IMG/VR virus record: IMGVR_UViG_3300020686_000008 | Location: 1-28,490 of that record | Reading direction: 5' to 3' (one strand) | Origin: a virus | Taxonomy: Duplodnaviria; Caudoviricetes | Length of the DNA: 28,490 nt | Part shown: positions 23,284-28,490 of the stretch, piece after piece | How the letters are laid out: each line of letters begins with the position of its first letter | Position numbering within the stretch: the first letter of the stretch is position 1 | Program-made: the position numbers and the translations under genes | Notes under the pieces: model-generated | The model's input: the letters and a program-made list of their open reading frames with translations, nothing else | What the model was told of the DNA's origin: nothing | Databases searched by the model: none

Positions 23284-26118
23284 ATGGCAACAACAGATCT
23301 ACTGACGCATTTACTCGCACCAGAAGGTGAAGGGTATTATTGTATCGTCGGTTTACGGCAAGACGAAGTAAGACCTAAGCAAACATTCCATGCAACGCTT
23401 GCAGAATGTGCTACCAAGATTGATGAATTATTGCAAGAAAAATGCAATGTGTACTTTGCTTGCGCTAAATATAAAGACCCTAAAGAAGGGCGTATTCAGC
23501 CTAACGGCAATATTATTAAAGCTTTTTGGATTGACGTCGATTGTGGCTTGGGCAAGCCATATGCAGATCAAGTTGAAGGCTTATCGGCTCTCAAGGAGTT
23601 CTGTGCAAAAGTGCACCTACCTTTGCCGACGATAGTCAATTCAGGTCGTGGTATTCATGCTTATTGGAGATTGTCTAGTGTAATTGACCGATCACAATGG
23701 AAGCCTATTGCTGAACGACTTAAAGCACTATGCGAAGAATACGAGTTTCATGCTGACCCATCACGTACTGCTGATAACGCATCTATTTTGCGTGTGCCTG
23801 AAACACTTAACTTTAAAGATGAAGAAGGTTTACCTGTAGAAATACTATCGGTTGAACCTGAGCTTGAGTACGAAGCAATTAAGTCTGTAATTGGTGTATT
23901 AATTGCACCTGATTGGGTACCGAAGAAACTTGATGAAGTAACTAAAGCACTGCTTGGTAATAAAGCTAGTCGGTTTAAAACCATCATGATAAAAACACTT
24001 GATGGCAAAGGCTGTGCTCAGCTTGAAAACGTTGTAGTAAACCAAGACAGTATTGAAGAACCATTATGGAGGGCAGGCCTGTCTATAGCGGCAGCCTGTA
24101 TAGATAGCGATGAGGCAATTCACCAAATTTCCAGTGCGCACCCGGACTATTCGCCAGAAGCGACGGAGAGAAAGGCCCGCTCTACTAAGGGTCCCTACAC
24201 TTGCGAGACGTTCCAAAAAATTAACCCATCGGGATGCGAAACGTGCCAGCATAAAGGCAAGATATCGTCGCCGATACAGCTTGGATCCGAGATCTTGGTT
24301 TCGGAGGATTCTATCATCGTTGAGAAGACGGAAGATGGTGGGGAGGAAACGTTCGATATTCCAGAATATCCATTTCCGTATTTTAGAGGGAAGAATGGCG
24401 GAGTATACGTAAAGATTGAAACCGAAGAAGGCGATGATGCGCTTAATATTTACGAGCATGACTTTTATATTGTTAAGCGTCTATATGATCCCGCTAAAGG
24501 TGAGTCACTTTGGTTTAGACTACACCTTCCTAGAGATGGCGTAAAAGAATTTTCTCTGCCTATTACTGACGTAATGGCACTGGATAAGCTAAAAGATAAG
24601 CTAGGCTTTCATGGTGTGCTCGGTGGTAAGAAGCAAATGGAAGCAGTTATGTCCTACGTCATCACATCTGCTAAAAACCTACAACATAAAATGGAGCTAG
24701 AAGTTATGCGTAATCAATTCGGCTGGGCCGACAAAGACACGAAGTTTATTATTGGAGAGCAAGAAATATCTGCAGATAAGATAGCGTATAGCCCACCTTC
24801 TACTGCCACTGGCTCTTTAGCTGACCATTTAAAGCCAGCGGGTGACTACGGTGCTTGGAAGAAAACAGTTAAGGTATACGACGCTCCTGGATTTGAGCCA
24901 CATGCGTTTGGCTTTTTTACTGCATTTGGCGCTCCACTGCTTAAGCATTTGAACTTTAAAGGCGGCATCATTAATTTAATTAACAATACATCGGGTACTG
25001 GTAAGTCTACTATTCTTAAGATGTGCAACAGTGTTTGGGGTCATCCAGAGGAGCTTATGTTGCAGTGGAAAGATACAATGAACTCCATTATTCACCGTAT
25101 GGGTGTAATGAATAACTTGCCTGTGACTATTGATGAGGTTACTAAGCTGTCTGGAGACCACTTCTCTGACCTAGCCTACAGCGCATCACAAGGTCGTGGT
25201 AAGAACCGTATGCAGCAGCATGCTAACTCTGAACGTATTAATGCTACTAAGTGGGCAACTATTGTATTGTGCAGTTCAAATGCTTCTTTCTATGACAAGC
25301 TGTCTACTCTTAAGTCTACACCTGATGGTGAATTCATGCGTTTGTTAGAGTACAAGATTGATTTAACTGGCAACCTTACTAAAGAAGAAGCCGATGTTAT
25401 ATTTAATCGCTTGTACGATAACTATGGTCATGCTGGCGTTGAGTATGCTAAGTATTTGGTAAACGACCTAGAGGCAGCTATCGACCTAGTCATGCAGGTT
25501 CAACAGAAGTTGGATAAAGCGGTCGGCTTAACAAACAGAGAGCGCTTCTGGTCAGCTATCGTTGCATGTAATATTGCTGGTGCTTTGATTGCTAAAGATT
25601 TAGGTATTATCGACTTTGATATCAAGCGTGTATATGACTGGATTGTTAAAGAATTAAAAGTTATGCGCACCGAGATTAAGGCTCCTACACAAAGCCAAGC
25701 TAGTGTGATTGGCGAGTTCATGAACTCACACCGTGCAGCCGTATTAGTTATTAATGGCGAGGCCGACAAGCGTTCTGGAATGGAGCAGCTTCCTATTCTT
25801 GAGCCTAAGTTCAATGACTTGTTTGTCCGTATTGAACCAGATAATAAGCACATCTATATTAATGCCAAGCAGTTCCGTAAGTATTGTTCTGACAATCAGA
25901 TTACTTTAAAAGATGTATTGACTCACCTGCAAGCAGATAAAGCGTACTTGGGGCAAGTTAAGAAGCGGCTTGGAAAAGGAACTAAAATTATTTCATCTTC
26001 TGTAGATGCATATTTGTTCGATATGAATAACCCGCATTTCCATGAAACTGAACACTTCATTGAAGAAACTAAGAGCGTTACTATAGATGTTGATTCACGG
26101 ACTGGACTTCCGAGTTAA
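23284..26118 (+). CDS. DNA primase-helicase (AEP-type primase, Cys-rich domain, DUF927-like region, P-loop helicase)
   Basis: WIDVDC, NSGRGIHAYW, ILRVPET.N, Walker A SGTGKST, Walker B VTIDE. Confidence 0.9.
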   Translation: MATTDLLTHLLAPEGEGYYCIVGLRQDEVRPKQTFHATLAECATKIDELLQEKCNVYFACAKYKDPKEGRIQPNGNIIKAFWIDVDCGLGKPYADQVEGLSALKEFCAKVHLPLPTIVNSGRGIHAYWRLSSVIDRSQWKPIAERLKALCEEYEFHADPSRTADNASILRVPETLNFKDEEGLPVEILSVEPELEYEAIKSVIGVLIAPDWVPKKLDEVTKALLGNKASRFKTIMIKTLDGKGCAQLENVVVNQDSIEEPLWRAGLSIAAACIDSDEAIHQISSAHPDYSPEATERKARSTKGPYTCETFQKINPSGCETCQHKGKISSPIQLGSEILVSEDSIIVEKTEDGGEETFDIPEYPFPYFRGKNGGVYVKIETEEGDDALNIYEHDFYIVKRLYDPAKGESLWFRLHLPRDGVKEFSLPITDVMALDKLKDKLGFHGVLGGKKQMEAVMSYVITSAKNLQHKMELEVMRNQFGWADKDTKFIIGEQEISADKIAYSPPSTATGSLADHLKPAGDYGAWKKTVKVYDAPGFEPHAFGFFTAFGAPLLKHLNFKGGIINLINNTSGTGKSTILKMCNSVWGHPEELMLQWKDTMNSIIHRMGVMNNLPVTIDEVTKLSGDHFSDLAYSASQGRGKNRMQQHANSERINATKWATIVLCSSNASFYDKLSTLKSTPDGEFMRLLEYKIDLTGNLTKEEADVIFNRLYDNYGHAGVEYAKYLVNDLEAAIDLVMQVQQKLDKAVGLTNRERFWSAIVACNIAGALIAKDLGIIDFDIKRVYDWIVKELKVMRTEIKAPTQSQASVIGEFMNSHRAAVLVINGEADKRSGMEQLPILEPKFNDLFVRIEPDNKHIYINAKQFRKYCSDNQITLKDVLTHLQADKAYLGQVKKRLGKGTKIISSSVDAYLFDMNNPHFHETEHFIEETKSVTIDVDSRTGLPS

Positions 26119-26284
26119 TTGGAAGAATTTTGTAGTTGGTTCCTCCTTTTTTATTCCGTGTTTGGATGCAGAGGAGGCTTTAGCCACAGTCTTAAGAACT
26201 ACAAAACGCTTAGGGTATATAGTAAAAACTAGGGTTGTTGTGGAGAAAGGGCTAGGGGGCTTGCGTATTTGGAGGATTAAGTAG
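26087..26284 (+). CDS. Small conserved phage protein (65 aa)
   Basis: W..F.VGSSFFIPC...GLRIWRI pattern; follows the primase gene. Confidence 0.7.
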   Translation: MLIHGLDFRVNWKNFVVGSSFFIPCLDAEEALATVLRTTKRLGYIVKTRVVVEKGLGGLRIWRIK

Positions 26285-26296
26285 TATTATTACTCC

Positions 26297-26371
26297 GTAG
26301 TCTCTCCTTGGACTACTCGTTCGTTTCCTTCGGATATTTCCGTTTACCCCACCCTAGCGGTGGGGTTTTTT
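26297..26371 (+). ncRNA. Candidate anti-Shine-Dalgarno small RNA
   Basis: Possible promoter TTGCGT-18-TATTAT (26261-26290); GTAGTC/GACTAC hairpin with TCTCCTT loop; TTCGTTTCCTT; terminator. Confidence 0.45.
26346..26371 (+). terminator. Intrinsic terminator at the convergence of the two genome arms
   Basis: ACCCCACC-CTAGC-GGTGGGGT plus T run. Confidence 0.88.
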
Positions 26372-28490
26372 ATTCGTCAGGGTTACCGTAATCACCCATG
26401 CTGCTCAGCTCACCAATCAGCTTCTTGTTGATTGGCATACCACCAGTACTATCAGCTAGAGCACGCTGCTTAAATCGGGTTCTTACAGAGCTACTTAGAT
26501 TCTTACCAGTAATAGCTAGAGTTGGATGTGTTGCATTAAACTTAGCAACCTTGTCTAATACTTTGTCAGTCATATCAGTATCGCCATTATCGATAGACAT
26601 AAAGAAACCGTCCAGTAATCCTTGGCGCTTATTAAGAATAGCCTGTTCAGCAGTCTTCATTTCAATATTAGCTTTTTGGCGTTGTGCCAGGCGCTCTGGT
26701 GTAAACCCTAATGCTTGTGCTGCAACTTCTGGGCCGGTAATATCGCCTACAAGCACGTTGCCACGCAAGGTTGTAGCTTCGCCTTCTTTACCTAAGCGGA
26801 TACCTTTAAGGATATTCTTAACCAATGCTGGGCTAGCAGTCTCCATTGCACGCTCAATATGGCCCTCATTCCACTGCTTAAGTGCCTCGGCTGAGCTAAC
26901 CATTAGACCTGCAGTAGGGCCAAGTAAGTTAACCATCATGTTCTGTACGGCAGTAACTTCGTCAGGGCTCTTACGGCTATCTCTGTACCACATATCGTTT
27001 AAAGATAGTCGGTCGGCTACGTTAGCACCAAGTACTTGAGAAGCTACACCACGAGAAATAGAGTCGCCTACAAAGCCGCCAAAGGTCTTGTTACACCAGT
27101 TTTTAAACCAGTTATCAAAATCAAACTCATCATCGTCATCGCCAAATACAGCGTGCATAGCATTCATTACCCCAGATACCATCCACCATAAGGGTAAACC
27201 CGTAGCCCCAGCAAATACCGCAGTCATGCCGAGTGTTCCAGCTAAGCGGTCACGTGCTTCAGTTCTAGTATCTTTAATATATTGATGCACTTTAGCATCA
27301 AGTTCTGCATCAGATAGTGGTGGCAAACCAGGTTTATTTACTCTGTGGTCGTCCTTAATCTGATAACGAATGTCTTTAATCTCGTCTTCGCTATAAGACT
27401 TACCAATATATTCATAAGCACTACGTGCTAGCAGGTACGTCATTTGCTGAGAGAACTGCTTGAACTGTAAGACTATCTTGGCTACTGGGTGCTGAAACCA
27501 GCGTGGCTTATTCAAAGTAGAATAGTCAAACATAGACTTATAAGTTAAGTCTTTAGCAATACCAATAGCCTTACGGCGTGCAGCTTCTTCTGAATAGCCA
27601 TCTTTTTTAGCTTGTTCATAAGCCATATCAAAAGAAGACATAGCTACAATCTCACGGTTAAACTTCTCAGCACCATGGAAAGCGCCACTTAACCACTTCA
27701 TTGCGGTGTGGGAATGCCCAGTATATAAGTTAGATGGCGCCTCGGCTAAGCCTACCAAGTCATGCGACAAAGTGTAGTCAATCAAACCGTCGGCTAAGAA
27801 CTGGTCATAAGCAGCTTGTTGTGCCTCAGTAAAGATACCTGGCTTATTGCTAAGCGATGGGAAAGCTATCTCGCCATTCTGGTCTTTAAATCCAGTGCTA
27901 ATAAATTTCTTAGTATATTCACCCATCTTAAGTGTAGTCTTAGTCCAGCCATATCTAGCAGCAACTACAGGCATACCTACTGCTGGAACACCAAGCATAT
28001 TAGTGATTGCTGATGCAGGTGAACTCATAAACCACAAGAAAGATACATTAGATAACACCGATGGAATAGCGCCAGTATCGGTTGGGCTCATGATATAGCC
28101 AAGGCGTTGTTCTAGTTCACCAAGGTACTCGGCTTCAATCTTGCCTTCTCTACCACCTTTTTGCTGAGTAGCTTCTTTAGCAGTTTGGATATCACTGTAC
28201 AAACCACGGCTATATTTATAACGTGATTGCTGATAAGCCATATGGAAAGCTGAGGATGTAAATGCACGAAGCATATCCTGATCCATACCAGCGGTACCCT
28301 TACGATTCATAAACATCTTACGAATGCTTTGGTCAGGCAAAGTAAGCAGATATAACTGCTCCAAGCTTTCTTCTAAATTAGTACGCAGCTCAGTAGTATC
28401 TTTACCTGCAGTGGTATTAATAATATCTTTTAGCTCTTTTAAGAACGTGAAGTCTTTCATGTTCTCAGACATAAGTTTTTGAATAGAGTT
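26370..28490 (-). CDS. C-terminal part of a very large, probably internal virion/DNA-ejection (polyvalent-type) protein; 5' end outside window
   Basis: Frame stays open to the window edge (NSIQKL upstream of the track's Met); FDYS..NKPR, QFKQF and hydrophobic glycine-rich segments typical of podophage ejection proteins. Confidence 0.65.
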   Translation of the reverse strand, partial: NSIQKLMSENMKDFTFLKELKDIINTTAGKDTTELRTNLEESLEQLYLLTLPDQSIRKMFMNRKGTAGMDQDMLRAFTSSAFHMAYQQSRYKYSRGLYSDIQTAKEATQQKGGREGKIEAEYLGELEQRLGYIMSPTDTGAIPSVLSNVSFLWFMSSPASAITNMLGVPAVGMPVVAARYGWTKTTLKMGEYTKKFISTGFKDQNGEIAFPSLSNKPGIFTEAQQAAYDQFLADGLIDYTLSHDLVGLAEAPSNLYTGHSHTAMKWLSGAFHGAEKFNREIVAMSSFDMAYEQAKKDGYSEEAARRKAIGIAKDLTYKSMFDYSTLNKPRWFQHPVAKIVLQFKQFSQQMTYLLARSAYEYIGKSYSEDEIKDIRYQIKDDHRVNKPGLPPLSDAELDAKVHQYIKDTRTEARDRLAGTLGMTAVFAGATGLPLWWMVSGVMNAMHAVFGDDDDEFDFDNWFKNWCNKTFGGFVGDSISRGVASQVLGANVADRLSLNDMWYRDSRKSPDEVTAVQNMMVNLLGPTAGLMVSSAEALKQWNEGHIERAMETASPALVKNILKGIRLGKEGEATTLRGNVLVGDITGPEVAAQALGFTPERLAQRQKANIEMKTAEQAILNKRQGLLDGFFMSIDNGDTDMTDKVLDKVAKFNATHPTLAITGKNLSSSVRTRFKQRALADSTGGMPINKKLIGELSSMGDYGNPDE

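Noticed and set aside
26398-28098. Plus-strand ORFs opposite the large minus-strand gene
   Set aside because: Antisense shadows lying downstream of a strong plus-strand terminator

Overview
About 28.5 kb from the left, early/replication arm of a tailed dsDNA bacteriophage. Genes are densely packed, nearly all on the + strand and often coupled by ATGA overlaps. In order: a stand-alone first gene with its own terminator; a ~750-bp non-coding region with TGTTC/GAACA iterons, an IHF consensus site and divergent sigma70 promoters (probable origin); small early genes; a MoxR-like AAA+ / HExxH-VWA / DUF3150-like module; an array of small gene cassettes delimited by a 23-bp direct repeat; HNH and VRR-NUC nucleases; family A DNA polymerase; Cas4-like exonuclease; polyphosphate kinase 2, a methyltransferase, two glycosyltransferase-like genes and DUF3310; SNF2 helicase; putative SSB; HTH protein; and a primase-helicase. 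The 3' end of a very large minus-strand protein, probably virion-associated, converges at the right edge. The most striking unexplained signals are (1) eight copies of a 28-bp quasi-palindrome, AACAAA-WCGACA-N4-TGTCGA-AAWGTT, confined to the first 10.6 kb and often inside coding sequence; (2) the repeat-delimited cassette array at 8.3-9.5 kb; and (3) three structured intergenic RNA candidates, two carrying anti-Shine-Dalgarno segments. Product calls come from motif recognition by eye; no database searches were run.
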